A stretch of 64,000 bases of DNA from Alphaproteobacteria bacterium (GCA_024743195.1 JANSXE010000011.1:54335-118334); one strand, 5' to 3'; numbered from the stretch's first letter, positions 40,087 through 50,832 are shown. Notes: generated from the sequence alone by a model not told the origin. Numbers and translations: made by a program.

Positions 40087-42024
40087 TCAGACGACCGCCC
40101 CGGTCAGTTCGACCTGCGCCGCATCCGTGCGCCGGCCGAGCGCCTCCAGGGCGCGCACGGCGAGGCCGCGGGCGTCGAGACCGGCGGCGGCGAGCTGAGC
40201 CGCGGGGCTGTCGTGCTCGATGAAGCGGTCGGGCATGTGGCAGGGCCGCACCCGGCCGACCGCATCGCCCATGCCCTGACGCACCAGACTGTCGATCACC
40301 TGGGCGGAGAAGCCGCCGATCGCGCCCTCCTCGAGCGTCAGAACCACCGCATGCTCGCGGGCGAGGTCGCGCACCAGCGCATCGTCGATGGGTTTGGCGA
40401 AGCGCGCGTCGGCGACGGTCGCCGCGATCCCGTGCTCGGCCAGAGCCTCGGCCGCGGCGAGCGCATCGGCCAGCCGCGCGCCGTAGGAGAGGATGGCGAC
40501 GTCGCCGCCCTCGCGCACGATCCGGCCGCGGCCGATCTCCAGCGGGACGCCGCGGTTGGGCAGCGGGGCGCCGACCCCTTCGCCGCGCGGAAAGCGCAGC
40601 GCGCTCGGCCGGTCGTCGATGGCCGCCGCGGTGGCGACCATGTGCTTCAGCTCCGCCTCGTCCGAGGGCGCCATCAGCACGAAGCCGGGCAGACAGCCCA
40701 GATAGGCGATGTCGTAGGAGCCCTGATGCGTCACCCCGTCCGCGCCCACCATGCCGGCGCGGTCGATGGCGAAGCGCACCGGCAGCCCCTGGATCGCGAC
40801 GTCGTGCACGATCTGATCGTAGGCGCGTTGCAGGAAGGTGGAGTAGATCGCGGCGAAGGGCTTGAAGCCCTCGCAGGCCAGCCCGGCGCAGAAGGTGACC
40901 GCATGCTGCTCCGCGATGCCGGCGTCGTAGCAGCGCTCCGGATGGGCGGCGCCGAACTTGTCGAGCCCGGTCCCGGACGGCATCGCGGCGGTGATCGCCA
41001 CGACGCGCTCGTCGTCGTCCGCCTCCTGGATCAGGCTTTCGGCGAAGACGCTGGTGTAGCTGGGCGCCTTCGGCGTGGCCTTGTGCTGCTTGCCGGTCGC
41101 GGCGTCGAACTTGGCGACGCCGTGATAGCAGTCGGCCGCGCCCTCGGCGGGCGCATAGCCCTTGCCCTTGACGGTGACGGCGTGGATCAGCACCGGGCCG
41201 CCCCGGTGCGCCTTGGCCTTCTCCAGCGCGGTTCGGATCTCGTCGACGTCGTGACCGTCGAACGGGCCGCAATAGGCGAAGCCGAGATCCTCGAACAGGG
41301 TCGGCCGGCCGGCGAAGGAGGGAAGGCCCGGCTCGTCGAGCGCCGCGCGGCGCGCCGAAGCGTCCGGCATCTCGGCCCGAAGTTCGGTCAGATGGCGGCT
41401 GAGGGCGCCCGACGGCGGCGCGATCGACATGTGATTGTCGTTCAGCACGACGATCAGCCGGCGGCCGGAGGCGCCGGCGTTGTTGAGCCCTTCGAAGGCC
41501 ATGCCGCCCGACATCGCGCCATCGCCGACGATGGCGACCACGGCGTTGTCACGCCCTTCATAATCGCGCGCGGCCGCGAAGCCGAGGGCGGCTGAAATGG
41601 CGGTCGAGCTGTGCGCGGCGCCGAACGGGTCGAAGACGCTTTCGCGCCGGCTGGTGAAGCCGGCCGGGCCGCCGCCCTGGCGCATGTTGCGCATGGCTTC
41701 GCGCCGGCCGGTCAGGATCTTGTGCGGGTAGCACTGATGGCTGACGTCCCAGATCAGCTTGTCGTCCGGCGTGTCGAAGACGTGGTGCAGCGCCACCGTG
41801 AGCTCGACCACGCCGAGCCCGGCGCCGAGATGCCCGCCGGTGCCGGAGACGATGTCGATCACCGCGTGGCGCACCTCGTCGGCAAGGCGGCGCAGCGCGG
41901 TCGCGGGCAATCGGCGCACGTCGGCCGGTCCCGAGATGCGGTCCAGCAACGCGCCGTCGCCGTTCGCGTCGGCTTCCGCTCGCAGCGTGCGCAGAAGCGC
42001 GGCTTTCGGGTGATGCATGTTCAT
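40087..42024 (-). CDS. dxs: 1-deoxy-D-xylulose-5-phosphate synthase
   Basis: 645 aa from the ATG at 42024, with [34 protein letters not shown], the ThDP motif [15 protein letters not shown], and [13 protein letters not shown]-like [11 protein letters not shown]. Confidence 0.95.
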   Translation of the reverse strand: MNMHHPKAALLRTLRAEADANGDGALLDRISGPADVRRLPATALRRLADEVRHAVIDIVSGTGGHLGAGLGVVELTVALHHVFDTPDDKLIWDVSHQCYPHKILTGRREAMRNMRQGGGPAGFTSRRESVFDPFGAAHSSTAISAALGFAAARDYEGRDNAVVAIVGDGAMSGGMAFEGLNNAGASGRRLIVVLNDNHMSIAPPSGALSRHLTELRAEMPDASARRAALDEPGLPSFAGRPTLFEDLGFAYCGPFDGHDVDEIRTALEKAKAHRGGPVLIHAVTVKGKGYAPAEGAADCYHGVAKFDAATGKQHKATPKAPSYTSVFAESLIQEADDDERVVAITAAMPSGTGLDKFGAAHPERCYDAGIAEQHAVTFCAGLACEGFKPFAAIYSTFLQRAYDQIVHDVAIQGLPVRFAIDRAGMVGADGVTHQGSYDIAYLGCLPGFVLMAPSDEAELKHMVATAAAIDDRPSALRFPRGEGVGAPLPNRGVPLEIGRGRIVREGGDVAILSYGARLADALAAAEALAEHGIAATVADARFAKPIDDALVRDLAREHAVVLTLEEGAIGGFSAQVIDSLVRQGMGDAVGRVRPCHMPDRFIEHDSPAAQLAAAGLDARGLAVRALEALGRRTDAAQVELTGAVV

Positions 42025-42371
42025 GGCGCTCGGCCTCCCGACCTCTTCCCTGGTCCTTCGGGCCTTCGCGCCGGACGCCGGCCGGCGCGCCCCGCCGTCG
42101 CGCTTCTCGTCGACGCCTGCGCCGCCTCCGCATGCGGAGAGCCGGCGCCGCATCGCCCGGACATGAACCCCGTCCGGCGAGCCGACAGGCGGGAATGACC
42201 CACGGCCGTCATTAAACCGCGTTTCCGAGCGGCTGTAAATCTTTGTTTACGTCAACTCTTATTGACATGCGTGCGACGCCGGCGCCTTAGAACGCGAACG
42301 GCGGCGCCCGTCCGGACGCCGCCGTTTCACAGCCCGCCCCCTTAGGCGCGGGCCGGCGCGCAAGCGATCGC

Positions 42372-42779
42372 TTACTTGATCGTCTCGAGATAATCCGCGA
42401 CTGCGGCCGCATCGTCCGCCTTGGGAAGGCGGTAGGTCATCTTCGTGCGGCCTTTGGCGTCGCCGCCGTTCTCCTTGATGTAGGCTTCAAGGAAAGCCTG
42501 CGGGTTGGGCAGGTAGGCGACGATGTTCTCTTTCGTCCAGACAAGCCCGAGTTCGCCCGCCGTCGCGTTGATGTCGGAGTAGCGGTAACCCTCCGCCGAT
42601 CCAGCCTCCCGGCCGACCACGCCGAACAGATAGGGGCCGACCTTGTTCTGGCCCTTTTCCAGCGCATGGCACGCCATGCATCGCTTGAACACCTGTTCGC
42701 CGTCCTGCGCAACGGCCGCCTGACCGCCGAGAACCAGCGCCGCGCCGAGCGCGACCGCAAGAAGTGAAGTGCGTTTCAT
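42372..42779 (-). CDS. Class I cytochrome c (cytochrome c2-like)
   Basis: 135 aa with a signal peptide, the haem motif CMACH and a distal Met in KMTY. Confidence 0.88.
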   Translation of the reverse strand: MKRTSLLAVALGAALVLGGQAAVAQDGEQVFKRCMACHALEKGQNKVGPYLFGVVGREAGSAEGYRYSDINATAGELGLVWTKENIVAYLPNPQAFLEAYIKENGGDAKGRTKMTYRLPKADDAAAVADYLETIK

Positions 42780-43581
42780 ACCCTAGGTCCCTTTGTCGTG
42801 AAGCCCTCAGAAAACGGCTTTCCCTCATCCACATAGAGTTTCCGCGCCGGCCGTCCAGACATCCCCCTTTCGAGGCCTCCGCCCGGCCGCCGCGGCGACC
42901 CCGCGGCGCATGGTAGCGACCCGCCGCGCGTGACGCACCCTTGTTTTTCCGGCCTTCCCGGGCGGCGCAAGGTCGCACGGGCCAAAACGGACGGCGCATG
43001 GACGACATCACCCTCGGAGTACGAATGATACGACGATCAACAATAAGAACAGAGATCGAAAAAGTAATCGGGCGACGTTCGGGCTGGGGGCGGGAGCGAT
43101 TCCGGGCGGTAACGATCGTTCGAATTTAAGATCGGATCGGTTACATGGCGCACGATCGAATAAGTTCTTTGTCATACCACGGGATATGAGCGGGGAATCC
43201 CGTTCGTGTTCCTGAACATCGATGGGTCGGCGCCCTTTACAGGCAGAATATTATCGCCTTAGATGGCTGATACATAAGCGGCGCGCCGGACGTCTAGGCC
43301 CTCTCCGGCATGGGGGCGACACCGGCGAAAATGCACGCCGCGAGACGGGGTGACGCGCAGCGGCGCGTGGAGTTCGGGCCGGGCGGTCCGAGGATCCGAT
43401 CAGAGACGGCGACCGGCCGGACGCGACCGGGCGTGCGCCGCGACCCCATGACTCGTCGACAGACCAGGCGCCTCCTTCGGGGGAGGCGTCGGTCGCTTCG
43501 GTTGGAGGGCCGGGACCGGGCGTCGGCCGCTCCCTCCTAAGAGCCACAGCCCGCGACGTCGAGAGGGGAGATGATGCAGCG

Positions 43582-45183
43582 ATGAGCGACGCAACGGACA
43601 AGAGCCAACTCTACGAGACCGAATACGAAATCGGTCAGGACAATCTCCAGAAATGGGGGATGGACGTCCATCACCCGGTGTTCTGGATCGCCTCGGGCCT
43701 GGTGCTGGTCTTCGTGCTCGGGGTCCTGATCGCGCCCGGCGCGGCGAAGGAGGCCCTCGACGGCGCGAAATGGTGGTCGATCGCCAAATTCGATTGGCTG
43801 TTCATGATCGGCGCCAATCTGTTCGTGTTATTCTCGTTGGCGCTGATCGTGCTGCCGGTCGGCAAGATCCGCCTCGGCGGCGACAACGCGAAGCCCGAGT
43901 TCAGCACCTTCTCCTGGTTCGCGATGCTGTTCGCGGCCGGCATGGGCATCGGCCTGATGTTCTGGAGCGTCGCCGAGCCGACGGCCTACTTCACCGGCTG
44001 GTACGAAACGCCGCTCGGCGTCGAGGCAAACTCGCCGGAGGCCGCCCAGAAGGCGATGAGCGCGACCATGTTCCATTGGGGCCTGCACCCCTGGGCGATC
44101 TATGCGGTCGTGGCGTTGTCGCTCGCCTTCTTCAGCTACAACAAGGGTCTGCCGCTCACCATCCGGTCGGCCTTCTATCCGCTGATCAAGGAGCATAGCT
44201 GGGGGCCGTTCGGGCACCTGATCGACACGATCGCCGTCGTGGCGACGCTGTTCGGCCTGGCGACCTCGCTCGGCTTCGGCGCGCAGCAGGCCGCGGCCGG
44301 CATCGAGTATCTGATGAGCGGCGGCGATCCCGCCGAGGGCAGCAATTTCGGCATCCAGCTCGCGATCATCATCGGCGTCACCGCGATCGCGCTGATCTCC
44401 GTGATCCGCGGGCTCGACGGCGGCGTGAAGGTGCTGTCCAACGTCAACATGACGATCGCGGGCGTCCTGCTGCTGTTCGTCATCATCGCCGGCCCCACCG
44501 CCTTCATCTTCACCACCATCGGCACGACGGCCGTCGGCTACGTGCAGGACATCTTTTCCTACAGCAACTGGATCGGCCGCGGCGACGAGGCCTGGATGCA
44601 GGGCTGGACCGTGTTCTATTGGGCCTGGTGGATCTCCTGGTCGCCGTTCGTCGGCATGTTCATCGCGCGCGTCTCCTACGGCCGCACGGTGCGGGAGTTC
44701 ATCATCGCCGTGCTGCTGGTGCCGACAGCGGTGACCCTGGTCTGGATGAGCGCCTTCGGCGGCTCCGCCCTGGACCAGATCATCAACGGCGTCGGCGCGC
44801 TCGCCGGCGGCCTCGGCGCGGTGGAGCTCGCCATGTTCCAGATGCTCGAGAATCTGCCGATGACGGCGCTGACCTCCGGCATCGGCATCATCCTGGTGCT
44901 GGTGTTCTTCATCACCTCGTCGGATTCCGGCTCGCTGGTGATCGACGCGATCACGGCCGGCGGCAAGGTGGACGCGCCGGTGGTGCAGCGCATCTTCTGG
45001 GTCGTGATCGAAGGCGTGGTGGCCGCGGTGCTGCTGTTCGGCGGCGGCGCGGACGCGCTGACGGCGCTGCAGGCGGCGGCGATCACGGTCGGTCTGCCGT
45101 TTACGCTGGTGCTGATCGTGATGTGCCTGTGCCTCTATCTCGGCCTGCAGCACGAGAAGGAGTACGTCTCCGAAGTCGCCTGA
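43582..45183 (+). CDS. BCCT-family betaine/choline/carnitine transporter
   Basis: 533 aa with FSWFAMLFAAGMGIGLMFWSVAEP and the conserved Trp-rich block GWTVFYWAWWISWSPFVGMFIARVS. Confidence 0.9.
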   Translation: MSDATDKSQLYETEYEIGQDNLQKWGMDVHHPVFWIASGLVLVFVLGVLIAPGAAKEALDGAKWWSIAKFDWLFMIGANLFVLFSLALIVLPVGKIRLGGDNAKPEFSTFSWFAMLFAAGMGIGLMFWSVAEPTAYFTGWYETPLGVEANSPEAAQKAMSATMFHWGLHPWAIYAVVALSLAFFSYNKGLPLTIRSAFYPLIKEHSWGPFGHLIDTIAVVATLFGLATSLGFGAQQAAAGIEYLMSGGDPAEGSNFGIQLAIIIGVTAIALISVIRGLDGGVKVLSNVNMTIAGVLLLFVIIAGPTAFIFTTIGTTAVGYVQDIFSYSNWIGRGDEAWMQGWTVFYWAWWISWSPFVGMFIARVSYGRTVREFIIAVLLVPTAVTLVWMSAFGGSALDQIINGVGALAGGLGAVELAMFQMLENLPMTALTSGIGIILVLVFFITSSDSGSLVIDAITAGGKVDAPVVQRIFWVVIEGVVAAVLLFGGGADALTALQAAAITVGLPFTLVLIVMCLCLYLGLQHEKEYVSEVA

Positions 45184-45207
45184 CGGCGAGTTCGAGGCCT
45201 TTCGGGA

Positions 45208-45243
45208 CCGGGCGACGGCCAAGCCGTCGCCCGGTTTCATTTC
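45208..45243 (+). terminator. Rho-independent terminator after the BCCT gene (possibly bidirectional)
   Basis: A perfect 12-bp stem CCGGGCGACGGC / GCCGTCGCCCGG with a 3-nt loop, followed by TTTCATTTC. Confidence 0.7.
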
Positions 45244-45259
45244 GTGCGGAGGAGGGGGC

Positions 45260-46102
45260 TTAGCCCGGCTGCATCAGGGCCCGCGCGGCGGCGAGCCAGG
45301 GCCCGTCGGCCGCCCCGGCCGCGTAGCTGGCGCCCAGATGATCGCAGCCGGCGAGGTCGAGCCGCTCGACCGGGACGGACGCCGCCTCGAGCGCGTCGGC
45401 GAAGCGCGCGGCCTGGGCGCGCAGATGCGGGAAGTCCCGCTCGCCGCAGGCGATCAGGAAGGGCGGCGCGCCGGACCGCACGTGATGGAGGGGCGAGGCG
45501 GCCCGGTCGGTCTCCGCATCCTCCGGCCCGAGAAACCGCGGGCGCATGGAAAGCCCGGAGTCGGGGCCGAACCAATAGGTCCCCGAGATCGGCAGCGCGC
45601 CGCGCACCAGGTCGGACGGCAGCCCGCGCGGGGCGAGCCAGTCCGTGCGCAGCGCGGCCAGCGCCGCCAGATGACCGCCCGCCGAATGGCCGCCCAGGAA
45701 CAGACGCGTCGGGTCGCCGCCATGGTCCGCGATGTGCGCATGCACCCAGGCGATCGCATCCAGGCAATCCTCCCAGCCGGTCGGGAAGCGGCGCCGCGGC
45801 GCCAGGCGGTAGCCGATCGAGACGACGGTGACGCCGCACGCCGTGAGCGGCGGCGCCATGAAGGCCATCCACTCCTTGTAGCCGTTGGTCCAGCCGCCGC
45901 CGTGCATCAGACAGAGCGTCGCGCCGGTCGGCGCCTCGGCCGGATAGACCGCCAGCGCGCGGTAGGGGTCGTCGCCCAAGGCGATCTCCACCCCCGTTAC
46001 GCCGGCGCCGCGGCGCATCACCTCCGCGTGGTAGCGGGCGCCGATGTCGGTGAAAGGCTCCTGCGGCGGGTAGTCGTCGGGATGCATGGCGCGGCCCTTC
46101 AC
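45260..46102 (-). CDS. Alpha/beta hydrolase fold-3 enzyme (HGGG-type esterase / arylformamidase-like)
   Basis: About 275-280 aa with the oxyanion-hole motif MHGGGW and the nucleophile elbow GGHSAGG. The start is either GTG 46102 (abutting the coxG stop) or ATG 46087. Confidence 0.75.
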   Translation of the reverse strand: MKGRAMHPDDYPPQEPFTDIGARYHAEVMRRGAGVTGVEIALGDDPYRALAVYPAEAPTGATLCLMHGGGWTNGYKEWMAFMAPPLTACGVTVVSIGYRLAPRRRFPTGWEDCLDAIAWVHAHIADHGGDPTRLFLGGHSAGGHLAALAALRTDWLAPRGLPSDLVRGALPISGTYWFGPDSGLSMRPRFLGPEDAETDRAASPLHHVRSGAPPFLIACGERDFPHLRAQAARFADALEAASVPVERLDLAGCDHLGASYAAGAADGPWLAAARALMQPG

Positions 46103-46570
46103 TCAGGGGACCGGCGCGTCGGCTTCCGATTCGGCCAAGGCGCGGAACTGCTCCTCGAACCGGCCGGCGAGCTTGTCCGCGATCTTCTTCATCATGCCCT
46201 GGCCGTAGCGGGCGAGCCGTCCGCTGATCGCCACGTCGGCGCTGTAGGCGATCTCGATCCCGCCCTCTTCCGCGTCGAGGAGGCGCACCTCGTTGTGCGA
46301 GCTGACGGTGCTGGCCCGCGACCCTTCCTCCCCCTTCGATTCGGTGCGGATGAGGTCGGGCGGCTGCTCCTCAAGGATCGTGACGATCAGATTGAAGCGC
46401 GGCTTGATCGGACCGACGGTCACGACCACGGCGGCCTTGTAGGTGTCGGCGTCGATCGCCTCGATCGTTTCGCAGCCGGGCACGCAGGCGATCATGCGCT
46501 CGGGATCGCGGATCAGCCGCCAGACCAGCGGGCGATCGGCGGCGACGGTGAAGCGCCGTTCTATCTTCAT
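46103..46570 (-). CDS. CoxG-like SRPBCC-fold protein
   Basis: 155 aa. The N-terminal FTVAADRPLVWRLIRDPERMIACVPGCE and the block GPIKPRFN resemble CoxG (carbon monoxide dehydrogenase subunit G family). Confidence 0.75.
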   Translation of the reverse strand: MKIERRFTVAADRPLVWRLIRDPERMIACVPGCETIEAIDADTYKAAVVVTVGPIKPRFNLIVTILEEQPPDLIRTESKGEEGSRASTVSSHNEVRLLDAEEGGIEIAYSADVAISGRLARYGQGMMKKIADKLAGRFEEQFRALAESEADAPVP

Positions 46571-46589
46571 GCGCGCCGGGCCCCTTCCG

Positions 46590-47672
46590 TCAGACGACCC
46601 GGACCCGCTCGACGATCATCTTCGGATCGACCAGGCGGCCCTTCTCGACGATCACCCTGTTGTCGAGGGTGATGGTGCAGTCGCGCATCGGCACGTCGTA
46701 GTGGCCGCGCGTCGCGCGCGACCCGCCGCCCTGGGTGTTGGGGCCGGTCGAGAACAGGAAGTTGCCGGGGAAGGTGCGGGCGGCCGCGCGGCTGCGCTCC
46801 GGCGAATCGCCGTTCAGCGCGATTCCGTACCACAAAGCCTGGGGATTGAGCCCCCATCCAAGATGCGACACCGCAAAGGGGTCCATGTCGTCCGGACCCT
46901 CGCGATTGTCCTCGAGCCAATCCTGCATCAGCTTGGCGTCGAGCCCGCCGTCGATCGCGCGGATGAAGCCGTCGCGCACCTCGACCCGAACGGGGTCCTG
47001 GACGTACCGGCAATAGGGCAGGATGACGATGTCGCCCGGCTGGAACACCACCACGCCGTTGCAGGACCCCTCGTTCGGGAAGGTGTGGATGTGGCCGCCG
47101 CCCCAATGGTCGAAATGGCCCGGCTCGTCGGCGTAGCCCCATTGCGTCATCACCGGGTACTCGCCGCAGCGCCAGCTGAGATCGGTGCCCGCGTCGGAGG
47201 TGACCCGCACCTCCTTGGTCTTGCTGTAGAGCGCGTGCGCGTACTGGCACGCCTCCTTCAAACCCGGCGGGGACATCAACTGCTCCAGATCGTCCGGCGC
47301 GTCGATGATCATCAGCACCCGCGTTCCGCCGTCCATCACCTGCTTCAGCCATTTGGTGAAGAGCGGCACATGGAAGATCACCACGATGTCCGCCGCTTTC
47401 ACGGCCTCCAGCGTGCCGCGGCACTGACCGATCGTCGGCACGCCGACCTTTGTCCAGGAGGGAACCGAGTTCACGCACATCTCGTAGACGTCCGCGCCCA
47501 GCGCGTCGGCGGCGGCGAAGGCCGCATGGATGTACTCGCGCCGGGTCGTCAGGTCGCTGACGCAGCACACCGTCTCGCCCTGGCTGACCTTCGACCTCTC
47601 GAACTGCTTGCGGTAGAGGCTGGCGAGCTTCGCCGGATTGACCTCCTGCGGGCGAATTGCGGACAGATGCAT
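46590..47672 (-). CDS. 2,5-dihydroxypyridine 5,6-dioxygenase (NicX)-like ring-cleavage enzyme
   Basis: 360 aa from the ATG at 47672. YADEPGHFDHW, ISHLGWGLNP and GNFLFSTGPNTQGGGSRAT..HYDVPMRDCTITLD closely parallel the blocks I recall from Pseudomonas putida NicX. Confidence 0.75.
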   Translation of the reverse strand: MHLSAIRPQEVNPAKLASLYRKQFERSKVSQGETVCCVSDLTTRREYIHAAFAAADALGADVYEMCVNSVPSWTKVGVPTIGQCRGTLEAVKAADIVVIFHVPLFTKWLKQVMDGGTRVLMIIDAPDDLEQLMSPPGLKEACQYAHALYSKTKEVRVTSDAGTDLSWRCGEYPVMTQWGYADEPGHFDHWGGGHIHTFPNEGSCNGVVVFQPGDIVILPYCRYVQDPVRVEVRDGFIRAIDGGLDAKLMQDWLEDNREGPDDMDPFAVSHLGWGLNPQALWYGIALNGDSPERSRAAARTFPGNFLFSTGPNTQGGGSRATRGHYDVPMRDCTITLDNRVIVEKGRLVDPKMIVERVRVV

Positions 47673-47769
47673 CGGACCTCGTCTCCCATCCCGTGGGCGC
47701 CGCCGCGTGGGCTGACGGCGGCGCAAACCGGCGCGCGCCGCCCCGCCGGGCGTCGGCTTATTAAAAAAG

Positions 47770-47799
47770 AATATAATTCGTTTATCTGGAGGGCGTCAA
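47770..47799 (-). promoter_or_regulatory. Candidate sigma-70 promoter for the nicX-like operon, overlapping the tetR stop codon
   Basis: On the minus strand: TTGACG (47799-47794), an 18-nt spacer, then TATATT (47775-47770) in a local AT-rich patch, about 95 nt upstream of the nicX-like ATG. Confidence 0.4.
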
Positions 47800-48392
47800 T
47801 CGCCCACGGTCGGCGCCGGCTCGCCGAGCAGCAGATCGACGGTCGTGTCGATCACGCCTTCGATCCGCCGCGACGGCCCGCGCAACGCGGCGTTCATGGC
47901 GAAGCCGTCGAACGCCATGAAGAGGACGTGCGCCAGATAGGAATGGTCGACCAGGCGGCGGCGCTCCGGCGGCAGGCAGTCGCGCATCATGTCGGAGACC
48001 CGGTCCTCCGCCCAGCGCAAGAGGTCGCGGCTGTAGCCCTCGTCCTCGCCTGCGGTCGAAAGCGCCTGCATCAGATTGTTGGCGAAGCCGTCGTCCTCCT
48101 GGGGGATGTCGCGCCACAGCCGTTCGAACAGGCGGCGCAGCCGGGCGCGGGGATCGTCGATCCCCGCCAGTTCCCGCTCCAGCTCCGTCAGCTTGCCGCG
48201 CAGCCAGGGATCGTAGAGGGCGTAGAGCAGCTCCAGCTTGGAGCCGTAATAGACGTAGACGTTGGAGGCGGAGACGCCCGCCTCGCGCGCGATGTCGGCC
48301 ACCGAGGTCCGGCTGTAGCCCTTCTTGCAGAAGAGCGCATAGGCGCCCCCCAGCAGCGCGTCGCGCACTTCCTGCTTCTTGACCTGCGCCAT
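47796..48392 (-). CDS. TetR-family transcriptional regulator
   Basis: 198 aa with the N-terminal HTH GYSRTSVADIAREAGVSASNVYVYYGSK. Confidence 0.88.
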   Translation of the reverse strand: MAQVKKQEVRDALLGGAYALFCKKGYSRTSVADIAREAGVSASNVYVYYGSKLELLYALYDPWLRGKLTELERELAGIDDPRARLRRLFERLWRDIPQEDDGFANNLMQALSTAGEDEGYSRDLLRWAEDRVSDMMRDCLPPERRRLVDHSYLAHVLFMAFDGFAMNAALRGPSRRIEGVIDTTVDLLLGEPAPTVGD

Positions 48393-48486
48393 CCGGCCCC
48401 CTCCTCGCGGCGTTCTCCGTCGCGGGCGGCGCGTCCCGGCGGAGGCCGCCCCGGCTGCCGAAGCCCCGGGACCGCTCGCGGCGGGT

Positions 48487-50832
48487 CTAGGCCGTCCGTG
48501 ACGCCGGCGCCTCGGACGCGCGCCCCTCGATCGCGTCCAGCACCCGTTCGGACGTCATCGGGATGCGGGTCAACCGCACCCCGACCGCATCGGCGACGGC
48601 GTTGGCCAGCGCCGGCGCGACGCCGACGATCCCCGCTTCGCCGACGCCCTTGGCGCCGAACGGGCCGGTCTCCTCCGGCGCGTCCTCGACGAGGATCGGC
48701 GTGATCGCGGCGGGCGCGTCCAGGCCGTCCGGAATCTTGTAGTCCATAAAGGAGGGGTTCGCCAGACGGCCGTCCTCCCAGATCAACTCCTCCAGCAGCG
48801 CGTAGCCCAGACCCTGCACGACCGCGCCCTGGACCTGCCCTTCCGCGCTTTGCGGATTGACCGCGCGGCCGATGTCGTGCGCCGACCAGACCTTTTGCAC
48901 GACGATCTTGCCGGTCTCCCGGTCGACGTCCGCCACCAGCCCGACCGCCCCGAAGACGTACACGCCCAGATTGTCGAAGGCGAAGTTGGACATCGCCGCC
49001 CGCTTCGGGTCGAAACGCGGCCCGTCGAAGGCGAAGGCGTGCTGGCCCATGATCGGCCCGCCGATGCGATTGAAGGCGCGCGCCGCGACCTCGCGGAAAC
49101 TGACCGACCGGTCGGAGCCCGCGATCCGCACCGCGCCGCCGGGCGCAAGTTCGAGGTCGCCCACGCCGCACTCCAAGAGTTCGGCCGCATGCTCGAGGAT
49201 TCGCTGGCGCATCTCCACGGTCGCCTGCATGACGGCGCGGCCGGCGGTGTAGGTGATGCGGCTCGCCGCGGTCTTCCAGTTGTAGGGCGAACTGTCGGTG
49301 TCCTGCGCCGCATAGGCGACGGCCTCCGGCGGCAGCCTCAACGCTTCCGCGCAGATCTGCGGCAGCACCGTGTCGGAGCCCTGGCCGATGTCCACGACCC
49401 CGGTCGAGAGCGCGACCGTGCCGTCGGAGCGCAGATTGACCGCGGCGCTGGTGCCCATCAGGCCGGAGATGTGCGACAGGCCGGAGACCCCGACGCCGCG
49501 CGCCCAGCCCTCCTCCGGCGGCGGCAGGGCGGGAACCTCCGCCGCCATGCGGGCCTCCAGCGCGTCCAGGCATTCCCGCATCGCACAGGCGTCCACCCGT
49601 TGACCGCCGAGCCAATGGTCGCCCGGCGCCATGGCGTTGCGCCGGCGCAGCGCCAGCCCGTCGAGTCCGAGCCTGCGCGCCAGCGCGTCGAGTTGGCTCT
49701 CGCTTGCGAAGGTCGCTTGCGGATTGCCGAAGCCGCGGAACGACCCCGCCTTCAGTTTGTTGGTGTAGACCGCATGGCCGCGCACCCGCACGTTCGGGCA
49801 GCGGTAGGGCCCGCGCGAGCAAAGCAGGCCGAAGCTCATCACCGCCGGGCTCTCATCGACATAGGCGCCGGCGTCGAACCAGAGCTCCGCCTCGCGCGCG
49901 ACCAGCGTGCCGTCGGCCTTGGCGCCGGTCTTCATCCGGATGCGCGCCGGGTGGCGGGAGCGCAGCATCTCGATGTCCTGGCTGCGGCTCAGCGTGATCT
50001 TCACCGGCCGCTCGGCGACCCGCGCCAGCGCGACCGCGATCGGCTGCACATTGACGCCGTTCTTGCCGCCGAAGCCGCCGCCGATGCGCGGCGCGACGCA
50101 GCGGATGCGGGCCATGGGCAGATCCAGCTCCTCGCTGATCCGCCCCTGCAGATAGAAGATCGACTGCGCCGCCGAGCGCACGGTGAAGCGCCCGCCCAGG
50201 TCCGGCTCCACCAGCGCGCTGCACGGCTCCATATAGGCGTGGTACTGCGCCGGGGTCTCGTAGACCTCCTCCACCACCACGTCGCACTCGGCCCAGGCGG
50301 CGTCCGGATCGCCCTCGACGATTTCCGCCGACCAGAAGACGTTGCCTTCGGCCGCGGCGTCGCCCTGGCGGGCGTAATCCGCCTGCTCCGGGTGGACGCG
50401 CGGCGCGTCCGCGGCCAACGCCTCGTCGAGCGAGCAGACGGCGGGCGTCTCCTCATAGTCGACGAGGACCAGTTGGGCGGCGAGCTCCGCGGCCTCGCGC
50501 GTCTCGGCCGCGACGGCCGCCACCGGCTCGCCGACATAGCGCACGCGGCCGCGGGCCAGCGTGGTCTCGTCCTTCACGAAGGAGCCCACGCGCCGTTGGG
50601 GCAGGTCCTCGGCCGTCAACACGGCGACGACGCCCGGGACGGCGCGCGCCTCACTCAGATCGTAGCCGAGGATGCGGCCGGCCGGGATCGGGCTGGTCGC
50701 GATCGCGCCGTAGAGCATGTCCGGCGCGCTCAGATCGTCGGCGTACTTGGCCTTGCCGCCCGCCTTTTCCGCCCCGTCGATGCGGGGGCTGGACAGGCCG
50801 ACCGATGTCGGGGCGTCGCCGTCTGCGCTCAT
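48487..50832 (-). CDS. Molybdopterin-binding large subunit of a xanthine dehydrogenase/aldehyde oxidase-family hydroxylase
   Basis: 781 aa. The N-terminal block GKAKYADDL and FRGFGNPQ (XDH-type rather than the CODH active-site loop) are present. The start overlaps the small-subunit stop by 4 nt. Confidence 0.88.
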   Translation of the reverse strand: MSADGDAPTSVGLSSPRIDGAEKAGGKAKYADDLSAPDMLYGAIATSPIPAGRILGYDLSEARAVPGVVAVLTAEDLPQRRVGSFVKDETTLARGRVRYVGEPVAAVAAETREAAELAAQLVLVDYEETPAVCSLDEALAADAPRVHPEQADYARQGDAAAEGNVFWSAEIVEGDPDAAWAECDVVVEEVYETPAQYHAYMEPCSALVEPDLGGRFTVRSAAQSIFYLQGRISEELDLPMARIRCVAPRIGGGFGGKNGVNVQPIAVALARVAERPVKITLSRSQDIEMLRSRHPARIRMKTGAKADGTLVAREAELWFDAGAYVDESPAVMSFGLLCSRGPYRCPNVRVRGHAVYTNKLKAGSFRGFGNPQATFASESQLDALARRLGLDGLALRRRNAMAPGDHWLGGQRVDACAMRECLDALEARMAAEVPALPPPEEGWARGVGVSGLSHISGLMGTSAAVNLRSDGTVALSTGVVDIGQGSDTVLPQICAEALRLPPEAVAYAAQDTDSSPYNWKTAASRITYTAGRAVMQATVEMRQRILEHAAELLECGVGDLELAPGGAVRIAGSDRSVSFREVAARAFNRIGGPIMGQHAFAFDGPRFDPKRAAMSNFAFDNLGVYVFGAVGLVADVDRETGKIVVQKVWSAHDIGRAVNPQSAEGQVQGAVVQGLGYALLEELIWEDGRLANPSFMDYKIPDGLDAPAAITPILVEDAPEETGPFGAKGVGEAGIVGVAPALANAVADAVGVRLTRIPMTSERVLDAIEGRASEAPASRTA

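Noticed and set aside
42297-42326. Hairpin AACGGCGGCG-10 nt-CGCCGCCGTT downstream of the cytochrome c gene as an intrinsic terminator
   Set aside because: The stem is perfect but neither strand has a following U-run. I left it uncalled, though it may still stabilise the 3' end.
42941-43129. 62-aa ORF in the long intergenic region (and 43251..43601 -)
   Set aside because: There is no ribosome-binding site, the translations are Arg-rich and unstructured, and the ORFs span a composition shift. They are more likely non-coding.
43250-43581. Glycine or cobalamin riboswitch in the BCCT leader
   Set aside because: I looked for glycine-riboswitch cores (GGAGAG...CACCGAAGGGGCAA-like) and a B12 box. 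Only loose resemblances exist (CTCTCCGG, AGCCACAGCC). This is not enough to call a known riboswitch without an Infernal scan.
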